64,000 nt of DNA from Balamuthia mandrillaris (lineage: Eukaryota): positions 124,001 to 188,000 of the forward strand of contig JAVKOQ020000077.1 of NCBI GenBank assembly GCA_031835245.2, in the 5' to 3' direction. Positions within the stretch are counted from its first letter, which is position 1; each line of letters opens with the position of its first letter. Shown piece after piece: positions 34,933 to 47,386 of this stretch. A program made the position numbers and the translations under genes. The notes beneath the pieces are model-generated. The model did not search any database. It had not been told where the DNA came from and worked only from the letters and a program-made list of their open reading frames with translations.

Positions 34933-36693
34933 ACAAAAGGAAAGAAAACATACGGAGCCGTAGTCAGGATGCCGTTTGGTGCCAAGGGTTGCTTCCCGCA
35001 TGGACAATGCTTCCAAGAAAAGCGGCTCCGCCAAGTCGTATTTCTTCTGTTGCACATAGAGAGTTGCTAAGTCGTGTAGTCCTTTCGCCAACTGTTGTTT
35101 CGGTAGTTTAACAAAATGCTGATATAGAGGGAGAAAAGGAAAGAGAGGAAAGGAGAGGGGAGAGAGAGCCAAGAAGAGGGAGAAGAGAGAGGTGAAAGCT
35201 TTGACAAAAGGAAACAAAAGAGCAAACCTTCGAATGCTTGTTGCCGAGCACCTCCTTCAAGATCGCAATAGAGCGTTGTTGAATGCGTTCTGACTTTTCG
35301 TATTTGCCCTGCAGTCGGTAGAGCACCGCCAACGTGTTCAAGGAGCGAGCAGTGTCGGCATGAAGTTCTCCAAACGTGCCTTTGCGGATTGCCAAGGCTC
35401 GTTTGTGAAGAGGTTCTGCCTCATCATAACGTTCCATGTTTTGATAAATTTCTGCCAAGTCATGTAAACTCCTATTTGGAAAGAAACATTGTTTTAGGAA
35501 AGGAAGTACAACAGAAGGGAGTAGCAAAAGAAAGCAAGCAAGACGACAAAAAGAAGGAGAAAGAAGAACCTTGCCACTTCGGGGTGATGTCCTCCAAAGA
35601 AGTTCTCCCTGACCTCAAGGGCAGTGATAAACAGCTTTTCCGCCTCGGCATACTTGCCTTGCCGAAAGTTGATCCATGCCAAATCGCCTTTGGTGGTGGC
35701 CAGTTCTGGATGTTCTGAGCCATATGTTTCCTTCATTTTATTTTTGTTCATTTCAATTTGTTAAATAAATAATAGAGCTTGATAGGATTATTTGTACCTG
35801 CAATATCCGGAGAGCATGATTATAATTTTCCACAGCCTCGTCATATTTGCTAGGATAAGGAAACGTTTAGCAGTGGTACTCCAACACACACACTCTCTCT
35901 TTGTGTCTAGGTAGTAACTTACCCTCGTGTGCCATCCAGATAAGCAAGGTCGTGGTAGCTCTCAGCACAATCTGTTGTTTTAAAGCGGTAATTTGCAAGG
36001 AAAAGGTTAAAAAAGAATAACAAAGCAAACAGAAAGAAAAAAGTACCAGGATGGTTTCGTCCTAAACAATTTTCTCTTATGGCCAAAGAGCGGCGATAAA
36101 GAGATTCCGCCTCATCGTATTTGCCCATTTTCATGTTTGTCTTCGCCAACTCATGTAAGCACTGAGCCACTTTTGGAGTGTCTCGCCCGAAAGCTCTTTG
36201 TAACGTTTCGAGAGCGCTGAGGTGAAGGGCTTCCGAGTCTTTGTATTTGCCCTGATAAAACTTGAGAGTAGCTGTATTAAACAAACTTCGCGCTATAAAA
36301 ACATGAACCAATTAGCAAAAGAACGAGAGGAGCGACCGAGAGAGGGAAGAAAACACTACTGACCAACATCAGGATGAGAAGTTCCAAAAGCAGTCATACG
36401 AATGCTCAAGGCTCGCTTGTTTAGCGTCTCTGCTTCGTCATATTGTCCAATCTTCTGATACAGTTCAGCTAATTCATGCAACGACCGAGCCACTAACGGA
36501 TGCTGTGACCTACAGTCAGAAAACATAGAGACACTACAAAAATGTGAGAAAGATGACGAAAGAGAACCTCTTGTCCCATTGTTTCCTCTCGCATCTCCTG
36601 AGACTGAGTGTACAACTGAATAGCTCTGCTGTATTTCGCTTGCTGTTGGCAGTAGACAGAAAAAGAAAATAAATTAATGATTATTTGAAGGAA

Positions 36694-36734
<41 letters not shown>

Positions 36735-39700
36735 AAATAAAACGTTCAAGAACCTTAAAGTAAACCCAAGCAAGACTGCTAAGACAAAAGGCTAAATCAG
36801 GATGGCTCTTCTCACCGTAGCAGTTCTTCAAGATTGTTAGTGATCGCTTGTAGAAATGTTTTGCCTTCTTGTAAAGACCCCTTGTGGCATACAGATAAGC
36901 CAAGTTATTCAACGACTCAGCACAATCTGGATGGTCTGAGCCTAATTTCTTTTCCTATTATATACATTTTTCAAACATTAGCTTGAAGAAAAACACAAAA
37001 AACATGAGAAATGAAAATTCATACTTGAATTGCTAGAGCCCGAAGATAAAGAGGTTCCGCTATGTTTCAGAAAAGAGTGAGTAGGATGAGAAAACTATCA
37101 AATAGAATAAGAGAGATCAAAAGAGAGAGAGAGAGAGAGAGAGAGAGACAAAACAAAAACGAAGCAGTACCTTGCTCATATTGACCGACTTTGTAGTAAA
37201 GCTTGGCCAACCCTTGCAAACCAATGGCAACTTTGGTGTGTTCCTTTCCCAAAGCTTCCTCCAAGATGGCCAACGAACGACGGTACAAAGCCTTGGCCTC
37301 GTTATAGTTGCCTTTGTCAAAGAACAGCTCGCCAAGGTTATGCAAGCTTCGTGCAATCTCCACATGAAACTTGCCAAACACTTTCTCGCGCACGGAAAGT
37401 GCTCGCTTGTTCAGCGTTTCTGCTTTGTCCAATTTGCCCTATAAAGGAAGATAAATATGGACAAATCGAACAAAGGGTAACACAAAACTAGAAGCAAGAG
37501 TTTACCTGGACGTGATAAAGCTTAGCAAGGTCATGCAAAGATCGTGCAGTATCAGGATGGTCATTGCCGAGGTACTTCTCCCTGATGTTCAAAGACTCTG
37601 TGTATAGCTTCTCTGCCTGCTCAAAGCTGCCTTGCCTAAAGTAAATCCAAGCGAGAGCGTTACAGCTCTGCGCTACTTCCGGATGGTTCTCTCCAAACAG
37701 CTCCTTCATGATCGTCAGAGAATGCTTGTAATGCTTCTCGGCCATGTCGAACTTGCCCTGCGTGGTATAGAGGTAGGCTAAGTTGTGGAGCGTGATAGCG
37801 ACGTCGGGATGGTGCGTGCCGAGGGCAGAAATGCGAATGCCAAGGGCGCGTTTGTAGTACTCCTCGCTCTTGGGGAAGCGGCCCATGCGATAGTACACTT
37901 GAGCCATGTCATGAAGGCTTTGAGCTACTTTGATGTGGTCTTTGCCGAACACTTTTTCTAAAATTCGGAGGCCTTTTTTGTGGAGTTTCAATGCTTCATC
38001 GTATCTATCCGAAGAGAGGCGAGTTAATAAAGACAAAAAAGAAGAAAGTTATTCACCTAATATTACCTTCCCTCAGAGAAGTAAAGATTGCCAAGATTGC
38101 AGTAACTGCGGGCCACGTCGCTGTGTTCCGTTCCCAGCACCTTTTCTCGAATGGCCAGTGCACGCTGGTTCAGCGATTCTGCTTGTGCGAATTTGCCCTG
38201 TTTGTGGTATAGCTCTGCCAACTCGTGCAACGAACGTGCCACATCCGGATGTACCTTGCCGAATGTCTTTTCTCGGATTTCTAGCGCTAGTTTATAGAGT
38301 TTCTGGTGATTTATATTCGTTTTAGTAACATAAAGAATAAGAAAAAGCTAAGTAATGAGGAGGAAAGCAGTAAATAATGAAAGATGAGGAAAAGAATAAA
38401 ATAAACGCACAAACCTCCGCTTCGTCATACTTGGCTTGTTTGAAATAGATCCAGGCCAAGTTGTTTCGGTTCTGTGCGACGGAGGGGTGGTCCTGTCCAA
38501 AAGTCTTGTGGAGGATGGCCAACGATCTGTCGTACAACATACAAGCCTCCGCGTATTTGCCTTGCGTTGTGAATAAATAGGCCAACATATGAAGTACGTC
38601 CACCAGATCTTTTTTAAGAACAAATACGGTTTAGCGTTCAAAAATGCGAAATAAAGAAGAAAGCACAAGAGAGAAGAAATCTTAAAAATTACCAGGATGA
38701 TCAGTGCTAAGGGAAGCCTCCTGGATGGCCATACAACGCTTGTACATGAGTTCTGCTCTTTCGTATTCTCCTTGCCTGTAATATAGATTGGCCATATTGT
38801 AGAGGCCATGCGCCACTGTAACGAAAAACAATTGTAAGAAGGGAGAAGAAGCATAAAAGAATTTTGACATCGATAATCAAACCTTTAATATGGTTGGAAC
38901 CCAATGCACTCTCGTAGATCTCCAAAGACCGTTTCTGAAGGGCCAAGGCCTCCAAATAGTTGCCTTTAGTATAATAGAGCTCCGCCAAGTGATTGAGAGA
39001 GTCAGCTAGATCTGTATGAGTATAACCAACTGATTGCTTTGTTGATAGATTGACAAAACACGGAAAACAAGGTTGGTTAATATGGTTGCAATAGAAAAAA
39101 AAAACAAGGGCAGAAACAGAAAAATAACGATTTTACTTGTTGAATGCTGAGGGCACGTTTGGTCATTTCTTCAGCTTTTGGATATTTTCCCAGTTTTTGG
39201 TATAGCTCTGCTAGTTCTTGCAAACATCTGGCAATGTTCGGATGCTATTTGAGAAAGAATGAAAGAGCGATGAGCATGGGTGAAGAACAGTAAAGAGACA
39301 AATGAAATAATAGACACCTCTTTTCCAAGTGATGTTTCACGTATGCGTTGAGATTCCTTGAACATCCTTTCAGCTTCCTCGTAGCGTCCTATATGAAACT
39401 TGAACGTTAACAAGAGCAATAAAGAAAAGGGAGAATAAAGGGAGGAAGTTAGGGAAGAGTGAGAGAGAGAGCGAGAGAGCAACCATGCTTGAAGTAAATC
39501 CAAGAGAGTTTGTTCCTTGTGATGGCGATTTCAGGATGATCAGCGTCCAGCGAGGAAACCAGAATTTCAAGTGACCTTGTATACATGCTTTCTGCCTCCT
39601 CATACTTGCCCTGAGCGCTGTAAAGGTAGGCTAAGTGATGCAGATTCGGAGCAAGCCTTGGATGGTCAGGACCAAGTGCATTTTCACGGATGTTCATAGA

Positions 39701-42700
39701 ACGTATGTACAAAGGTTCCGCCTGAAAACGATTTGTTAGTAGGAGAAAAGAGAGAAGGAGCAAGAGGTTGAGAGGTAGAGATACATCTTCAAAACGGCCT
39801 TGTTTACAATAAAGAGTGGCCAAATCGGATAAGCACTGAGCAACACGGGGGTGATTCGGTCCATAAGCTTTTTCTGCAATCTGCAAAGACCGTCGATGGC
39901 CTGTAAAAGAGAGAGAATGAGTTAAATGAAAATTAGAACAGAAGATAATACGAACCATCTTCAGCTGCTTTGTACTTGCCCTGCTCATAATTGATGGAAG
40001 CCAAACTGTTAAATTGCATGGTCATGGCAGGATGATCCTCTCCCAGAGATTGCATATATATGTTCAAAGACTTTTGCGCCAGCTCCTCCGCCTCGAAGTA
40101 CTTAGCTTGTGCCTTTCGCAAGCGCGCCACTTTTTCCAGGATGACAGCGTGATCCAACGGAGAGAGAGTTTGACGGCTTTCACGAATGGCCAAAGCTTCT
40201 AACAGATAAGGTTCTGCTTCATGATACTTGCCAAAGAAAAAGTAAAACTCTCCCACATGCGTTAAAGCTGTTGCCACATCAGCATGCTGGTTTTAATATT
40301 GCATTTTTTAGTGCGAGTGTCACAAAATAAAGAGAGCGAGAGAGTACCTGAGAGTGGCCAACCGGACGGGTCTTTCTAACGATGTCAAGCATTCGGTGGA
40401 ATAATGTCTGGGCATCGCAGTAACGTCCTTGACATTTGTAAAGCTCTGCCAAATTTCTGACTGCTTTGTTAGAAGAGAAAACTAAGGGGTCACATAAGAA
40501 CAAGAAGAAGGGATATACCTCACACTGGCAGCGACCAAGAAGTCATGCTTGCCATGAGTGGCTTCCATGATGTCTAATTGCTGTTTGTATAGGCTCTCAT
40601 CATCCTCTGACCTCCCTAACGCTCGCAAAGTCTATAAAGGCATAAAAAACGGACAGGTTAAGAAGACAGAGAGAGAGAGAGAGAGAGAGAGAATGAGGCG
40701 AGAGAGAAGGGAAAGTACCTCCACAAATGGTACAACTCGAGTGATGCGAGCAGTAGCATCAATGCTTACAAGATCAGTTACCAAAAAGGGAGCCTCTCTA
40801 CGGAAGATGTGAGAGGGATTCTTCGGATCTTCAGCCAAGCGGGCCATTGCATCTTTGGTGAAGTGAAGGCCAGCCTTGACTTTTAGGCCTTCAAAAAGGG
40901 CTGTCATGGAAATAACTTCCCTGAGATCAAAGTTTTGATCTTTTTCTTCGTCACAAAGAGCAGATTCGAATCGAAGCGTAAGACCCTGTCTAATCTCATT
41001 CTTCCAAAATTGTTCAGTTCTTTTTGAGTTTCCAAACACAGTATTCAGGAACTCTGCAACGGTGGCATGCTACATATGAAAGCATAAGATGTAAAATTAA
41101 AAAAACTGAAGAAAGAACAGGAAGAAGCAGAAGAAAAGAGAAGAAAACTACATACAGCGGCTGAATACGAGACAGAGCGAAGAGTTTTGGCAAGCATTTT
41201 GTTGAGTGTACGCACGAGCATTTCCTTCATAATCAAGGCGGACAGGTCTGGAAGGGTAGTCCGAGATCGTAATAAACCGAGATAACGAACGTTGATACCG
41301 CGCACATGGAGTTCATCCATAAGCTGAAACCGTTCCAACGGAGTGGAAGAATAGCGATGGTTCAAGTCATGAGCAAAGTGCTTGATTGCCTCAGAGAGTT
41401 GTTCTGTGGCTTCTACCACGTCTTGGTTTAGTTCTTTGGCGTTTTGAGATTGAAAGCTCCTTTTTGTTTGTTTGGCACGATTAATGAAAAGCTCTTTTTA
41501 AATAGCAAGACCAGAAGAACATACGAAAAAGCATCCGAGGAAAGTGAAACTTTGTTGTGCTTCACCATCTCTGGACGGAAGCGACGGTAGAGCAGCTCAT
41601 TTACGTTTCCGTTTGTTATCTCACTGCGTGGAGCTGTTGGAGGAAGTAATCTATGTGTGTCAACGCAGTAATACCGTCCATCCGTGCCTCGATGTCCTTC
41701 CATATCTACCAATGTGCCAAAAAAAAAAATGAGCGGACTGAAAGAAAAGAATGAAGCGGAAGAGAAGAAGGATGACGAGTGAGACATACCTCCACAAACG
41801 TGCAACAGCTTTGCTTGGTCATCTTTTCCAACGTAATGTGCTTTCAAATTTAAGATCGAGGCAACTTTCTCCATCATTTCGTTCATCTTTGGGTCAGATT
41901 TATGAACTGTTGTTCCTCCATCTACGCTTCCTAATTATTGAAAGAGAGAAAGAGCGCGCGCGAGAATGAGGCGATGGAACGTGAGAGCGAGAGAAGCAGA
42001 AAGAGAAAGAAAACCATAAATGAGTGTGTCGTGACCCAACGGCAAGACTGTGGTTGCTACCATTGTGAAACCCATATACGTTATCAGCGCCATCATCGAA
42101 ACATGGAGCTTATCCACCTGTTACACGTGATATAAGTAAAATAAAAGAGGCTTTAGAAAAAAACAGAAAGTAACACGGACGTGACAAGCGATGATGGAAA
42201 GAAGGCTCTTTAGCTCATGTCCTGCTACTTTAACGGCCCACTCGTCCTCTCCGTATGTGTTCAGCGTGTCCAGAGCGTACTTGAGGAAGATGCCCTTTGC
42301 AAGAAACTTTGCGTCGCCAGGTGCGCTTTCTGTTGTAGTTGGAATATTATTTACAAAAGGAAAACTTTAAGTAAGAAACAAAAATGACGAGTAAAGGAAA
42401 TGGATGACAAGCAAGAAAATAAGAACGAGATTGAATGAACAAAGAACGACAAGTAAAGAAAGAAAGAAAGCAACAACAGAACAGAACATGACGGCAAGAA
42501 CAACAACAAGAAAAGAATGTAACCTGGGTTGATGGGCACAATAGTCTTTTCCTGGAGAGGCAAGGCCCGCTCCGCCACAATGGTCTTTACCAAAGGCATG
42601 GCCACCGCCACAAACTGCTCGGATAGCCGCTGAATGGCGTTGGCCCTCTCCTTGGCCTCTTCAGGCGTGGTGCTGGGCCGCTCCAACAACCGCTGAAACT

Positions 42701-43311
42701 CTTCATTCCAGTCTCTGTCCTCATCTTCCTCTTTGGGGTTGTCTCCTTCGTGTGGTTGTTGGCGTGGCGTTTTGTTTATGCCTTTTTCGTCGAGAGAGTC
42801 TTGAGAGTCGGATTCGTTTCGAGTGCCGCTGCGACTGCGAGCATAGCCTACTACTTCGTTGGCTTCCTCTGCAAGAAGAGAGAGAGAGAGAGAGAGAGAG
42901 AAAATTTCATCGTCAACAAAGAGAGAGAAGAGAAGAGAGAAGAAGGAATGACGAACCGAGAAGACTGGCAATGCCTAAGGGCTTACGCCGCGCTTGCCCC
43001 TGATAGCTGCTCAAATCGACCAGATCGGAAGCAGAGGAAGAAGTGGTGGAGGAGGACAAAGCGGAGGTGGAAGTAGCAGACAAAGTAGAAGCCGAAGAGG
43101 AAGAAGAAGAGTCTCTACGTCCTTCAACGAGACGCAAGTAAGTGCGCAGCAATTGTTCCTCATCCTCCTTGGTGCGGGCGCTACTGGACGACGACGAGGT
43201 TGACAATGACGTAGCAGCTGTTGCCGCCGCGGTACCAGCCGATCTTGGTTCCTCCACTTCCTTCTCCTTATCTTTCTTTTTCTTCTCCGAACCTCCTCTT
43301 TTCCTCTCCAT
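34605..43311 (-). CDS. Clu-domain + long TPR-array protein with C-terminal TM anchor (multi-exon)
   Basis: RDWNEEFQ, AVKVAGHELKSL, MMALITYMGF, DMEGHRGTDGRYYCVDTHRLLPP, RRFRPE, SSDAFS and ELHVRGINVRYLG are Clu/CLUH central-domain-like blocks. Then roughly 25-30 42-aa kinesin-light-chain-type TPRs (HPDVA.SL.NLA.LY..QG.Y.EAE.LY.RSL.I.E..LG). Ends MAFGGAVVGVMAFLFMKGGALRE. Confidence 0.88.
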
Positions 43312-43732
43312 TGTTTTTTTTTTTCGCACAAACGTTTGAGGATGGGGGCAAGAGGAGGGGGGCAAGAGGTGGGAAGCAAAGATAAAAAAAATAAAATCAC
43401 AAACCGCTTTTAACTTCTCTCTCTCTCTCTCTTTGTCTTTTTTTTTTTTCGTTACTTTCTTCTCTTGAGTTCACCGTGACGACACGGTTCCGCTGAGAGG
43501 TCTGGGACTCGGATAAATACCTTGAACATCTGTTTTTTGTCCAGCGATCCAATGGGCGATGGACAATCCCCCGGTTGGACAAAAGAAGTTTGCGATCTTA
43601 TCTGGACTTGGGAGCAACAAAAAAAAAAACGGTACGTCTAGCGAGGGGAGAAAGAAGGAAGGCGGCAGCAGCTACGGACATAGACTTCGCTTGGCCCGCC
43701 GCAACGGCTCTAATAGAGCTTGCTAGCAAAAA

Positions 43733-45139
43733 ATGTTGCATCAAAAGCGCAGGATAGCCGACAAGGAAGACGACGAAGGACTGGACGGATCCGCCACGAA
43801 AAAACCACGAGGAGATAAAGCCGAGGTCGCTTTGTGGGAAGAATGCTTGCCAGAGGAGCTGCTGTGTGTCATTTTGGCCGCGCTGGATCCGTTGTTCGTG
43901 GGCATAGCGGCCAGGACCTGCCGCACTTGGTACTCCTGTGCTCCGGAGCAGCTGCGAAACCGTTTGTTCCAGGCAGCCGTTTGCCAGTCTCTCACGCTCT
44001 TACAATGGGCAGTCGAGGAGAACGGTTGCCCTCTGGACAAAAAAATGGCCGCCCTCATAAGCAAATGCGGTAGCTTGGAAGCGTTGAAATGGGCTCGACT
44101 GGAAAAAGGCTGTCCTTGGGACATTGAGGCTTGCTCTTCAGCTGCTGGCAACGGACATTTGGAGGTGTTACAATGGGCCAGAGAGAACGGGTGCCCTTGG
44201 GGCGCTCAAACTTGCCAACAAGCTGCTAGGCACGGCCAGTTGGAGGTGTTGAAATGGGCTAGAGAGAATGGATGCCCTTGGGACGAGGCTACTTGTTGCT
44301 CTGCTGCTTTTGGTGGCCATTTGGAATTGTTGCAATGGGCACATGACAGCGGATGTCCTTGGGACGAAAGAACTTGCTCGTGGGCTGCCTGGAAGGGGAA
44401 CCTGAATGTATTGAAATGGGCAAGCGAGAATGGCTGTCCTTGGGATGAAACTACCTGTTCCTCAGCCGCCAGCAAAGGACATCTGGAGGTGTTACAATGG
44501 GCCAGAGAGAAGGGGTGCCCTTGGGATGAGAGCACTTGTGCTCATGTTGCTGAGGAAGGACATTTGGAAGTGCTAAAGTGGGTGAGAAGAAACGGATGTC
44601 CTTGGGATGATGACACATGCACAGCAGCAGCTGAAAGAGGGCATCTAAAAGTGTTGAAATGGGCAAGAGCAAATGGCTGCCCTTGGAATGAAGACACTTG
44701 TAATATGGCCGCAGAGTATGGCCACTTGGAGGTGCTAAAGTGGGCCAAAGAGAACGGATGTCCTTGGAATAAGCAAACATGCCATCACGCTGCAAGGAAT
44801 GGACATTTGGAGGTATTGAAATGGGTCCGAGAGCACAGATGCCCCTGGAGTGCAAAGACTTGTGCTTTGGCCGCCGAGTATGGCCACTTGGAGGTGCTGA
44901 AGTGGGCCAGGGCAAATGGATGTCCTTGGAACGAAAAGACATGTTACTCAGCTGCTAGCACCGGACAACTGGAGGTGTTAAAATGGGCGAGAGCAAATGG
45001 ATGCCCTTGGAACCAGCTGACTTGGGGCATGGCGGCGATGTACGGACACGCAGAGGTGTTGCAATGGGCAAAGGAAAACGGATGTCTTTCTTTCACCAGG
45101 GCTGAAGAAAACGGAGTCTCCGACTCGGACCTGCATTGA
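43733..45139 (+). CDS. Intronless F-box-like + ankyrin-like repeat protein (about 13 x 27-aa repeats)
   Basis: LPEELLCVILAALDP...AARTCRTW then tandem GCPWDExTCxxAAxxGHLEVLKWAREN units with an 81-nt period. Confidence 0.92.
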   Translation: MLHQKRRIADKEDDEGLDGSATKKPRGDKAEVALWEECLPEELLCVILAALDPLFVGIAARTCRTWYSCAPEQLRNRLFQAAVCQSLTLLQWAVEENGCPLDKKMAALISKCGSLEALKWARLEKGCPWDIEACSSAAGNGHLEVLQWARENGCPWGAQTCQQAARHGQLEVLKWARENGCPWDEATCCSAAFGGHLELLQWAHDSGCPWDERTCSWAAWKGNLNVLKWASENGCPWDETTCSSAASKGHLEVLQWAREKGCPWDESTCAHVAEEGHLEVLKWVRRNGCPWDDDTCTAAAERGHLKVLKWARANGCPWNEDTCNMAAEYGHLEVLKWAKENGCPWNKQTCHHAARNGHLEVLKWVREHRCPWSAKTCALAAEYGHLEVLKWARANGCPWNEKTCYSAASTGQLEVLKWARANGCPWNQLTWGMAAMYGHAEVLQWAKENGCLSFTRAEENGVSDSDLH

Positions 45140-45328
45140 AGCAAACGTGAGCATGGAAAACAATAACAATAAATTCATGTTGGCAACTAACCTCCGAAGA
45201 GCAACGTGCTGTCACAAAAGGGCTCTCATGAATGAACCGTTCTCTTCCGCAAGGAAATTTTGTGTGTCGACATGAGGCAGCAGATTTCTTCTCTCGTGAC
45301 GACACAACATTTCAAGCGACAAACGAAG

Positions 45329-46853
45329 ATGGCAGAGGACCTGGAAGACAGACTGCACAGCGCTGCTGAGGCTCAGGAGGAAGACGACGCGGACCGACCT
45401 GCTGATGTTTGTTTCCGTTTTTCATTTCACCTCTTGCATGACCTTTGTTTTCTCATGTATTTTATTTTGTTTCTCAACTTTAGCGGTTTCTTCTCCCTGA
45501 TTTAGAATCGGAGCGTCCTCCTCCTTCCTTGCCACCCATCCGAAGACACGGAGAGCATAACACAGGACCCAAAGGAGTCATCCAGGACTACAAGGAGGAG
45601 CAAAAGCGGCAACGCGACCAACAGGAAATACGACAGCTGCAATTGCAGTACGAGATCAACAAGAAAACGGTAGTGTACCACTCGTGGTCCGCCCAAGATG
45701 CTGAGAAGAGAGAACTGGACATGGAGCGGCAGCAGGAAGAGAAGGCAAGACAAAAAGAGGAAGCAAGCGAGGAAGAGGTGCACCTGCTTTTCTCGTTCTC
45801 ACCTCTCTTTCTCCCTTCTCTGCTCTCTTCTCTCCTCTCTTCTCCCTTCTCCCTTCTCCCTTCTCTGCTCTCTCTTCTCTAGTTCGCTCGTTTCTTCTCT
45901 CGTTCTCTCCGCTCCTCTTCGATCCTCTTCTCTCTTCTCTCATCTCTCATAGCATTATCTTCTTATTCTCAGGAGGACTTGGATGACGAGGACGACGAGT
46001 TTTTGAAGCAGTACAGGGCAATGCGGCTAAGAGAGCTGATGGATCAAAAGTACGTTGTTATTCCTCACAGGAAGAAACTTGATTGCTGACGAACGAGTCT
46101 TTTTTTTATTATTCCAGGAAATATCGGTTTGGCACTCTTAAACGGATAAATAAACAAGAATGGGCTGAAGAAGTGGACAGCGAAATAGCGACTGGATGCT
46201 TTGTTGTCATTCACCTCTATTCAGAGGTATTTTCCGTTCTCATTCTTCTTTCTCCTCTTTTTTCCTTGTGACTTCTTTTCTCTCTTTATTTTTTGTTGTT
46301 TCTTTTTAGGTTTTTGTTATTGCTTTCTTTACTTTTCCTTCTTCCAATCTAGTTCCTTCTTTCCTCTCCTTCTGTTATGAGAAATAACATATCAGTGCTT
46401 TAATAGATGGTTCCACCATGCGTGCGGGCCAACTATGTCTTGGAAGAACTGGCACGCAAGCATCCGGACGTGAAGTTCTTGAAGATCCCTGCCAACGAGG
46501 CCAAAAGGGACTGGGACGAGGTGGCCCTTCCCACTCTCTTGGTCTATCGCAAGGGAGAGAACTATGCTCAGTACGTTCGTTTCATCGATGACATTGGCTA
46601 TGAGTTTGATGAGGATGACCTTGAAGCTTTCTTGATACGGTGCGTTCTCCCTCCCTCTGTCTCTCCCGCTATCCCCCTCTTTCTCTCCTCTGGCGCTTTC
46701 TTGTTCGCTTGTTGCCTTGCTTGTTTCTCCTTTGGTTTTGTGTTATATAGTTTAACGCTTTTTGTTTCTGTTTTTTCAAAAACAATGCGCTTGCTGATTG
46801 TCCATCGCAGAAAGGGCATCCTTGCGCCACGCACAGCTGCTTCTTCTCACTAA
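45329..46853 (+). CDS. Phosducin-like protein (PhLP1 type, multi-exon)
   Basis: NTGPKGVIQDY helix-1 motif, DEFLKQYRAMRLRE, and thioredoxin-like domain FVVIHLY...ELARKHPDVKFLKI...ALPTLLVYRKG. Confidence 0.92.
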
Positions 46854-47386
46854 AGCGCATTCTTTTCCTCCAAACTTTAAGGGGCGATTCAAACTCCCCA
46901 ATCAAAAATCAAAAACATGATCTATTTATTTCCATTTCAGGAGAAAATTTAATTAACCACTTTCCAATTTTAAAAACCTTAAATTCTTTCTCCGCAAATG
47001 AACTCATTTTGTCCTCCATTTGTGCAGCGTTCCGCGCCAAAAATAAATAAAAAAATTTAAGGAAAAGAAAAGAAAGACAAGGAAAGGAAAGCGTTGGGCA
47101 AAAAGACTTGGGTTCATTTCATTTCGGGTATGAAAAGCAGGAGACCCTCTCCTTCCTCCATTCCCTGCTCTTTTCTTTTTATTGAGCAACATATCCTTGG
47201 TTGTTTCTTCTAATCCGTTGTTTTGTTTTTTTTTTTAATTAAAAAAAAGATATTCGCCGAATCTTCCCCACGCCTTGTGTAACGCCACGGAGAGAAGCTC
47301 TTTCTTCTTCTTCTTCTTCTTCTTTCTTCTTCGACAAACAAAAGTAGAAGAGGTGAAAGAGAAACGAAAGAAAGCCGCGCGTAAAA

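Noticed and set aside
44020..45080. Regular 81-nt repeats resembling a CRISPR array
   Set aside because: They are degenerate, in-frame protein repeats with third-position variation; there is no invariant repeat/unique spacer pattern and no cas genes.
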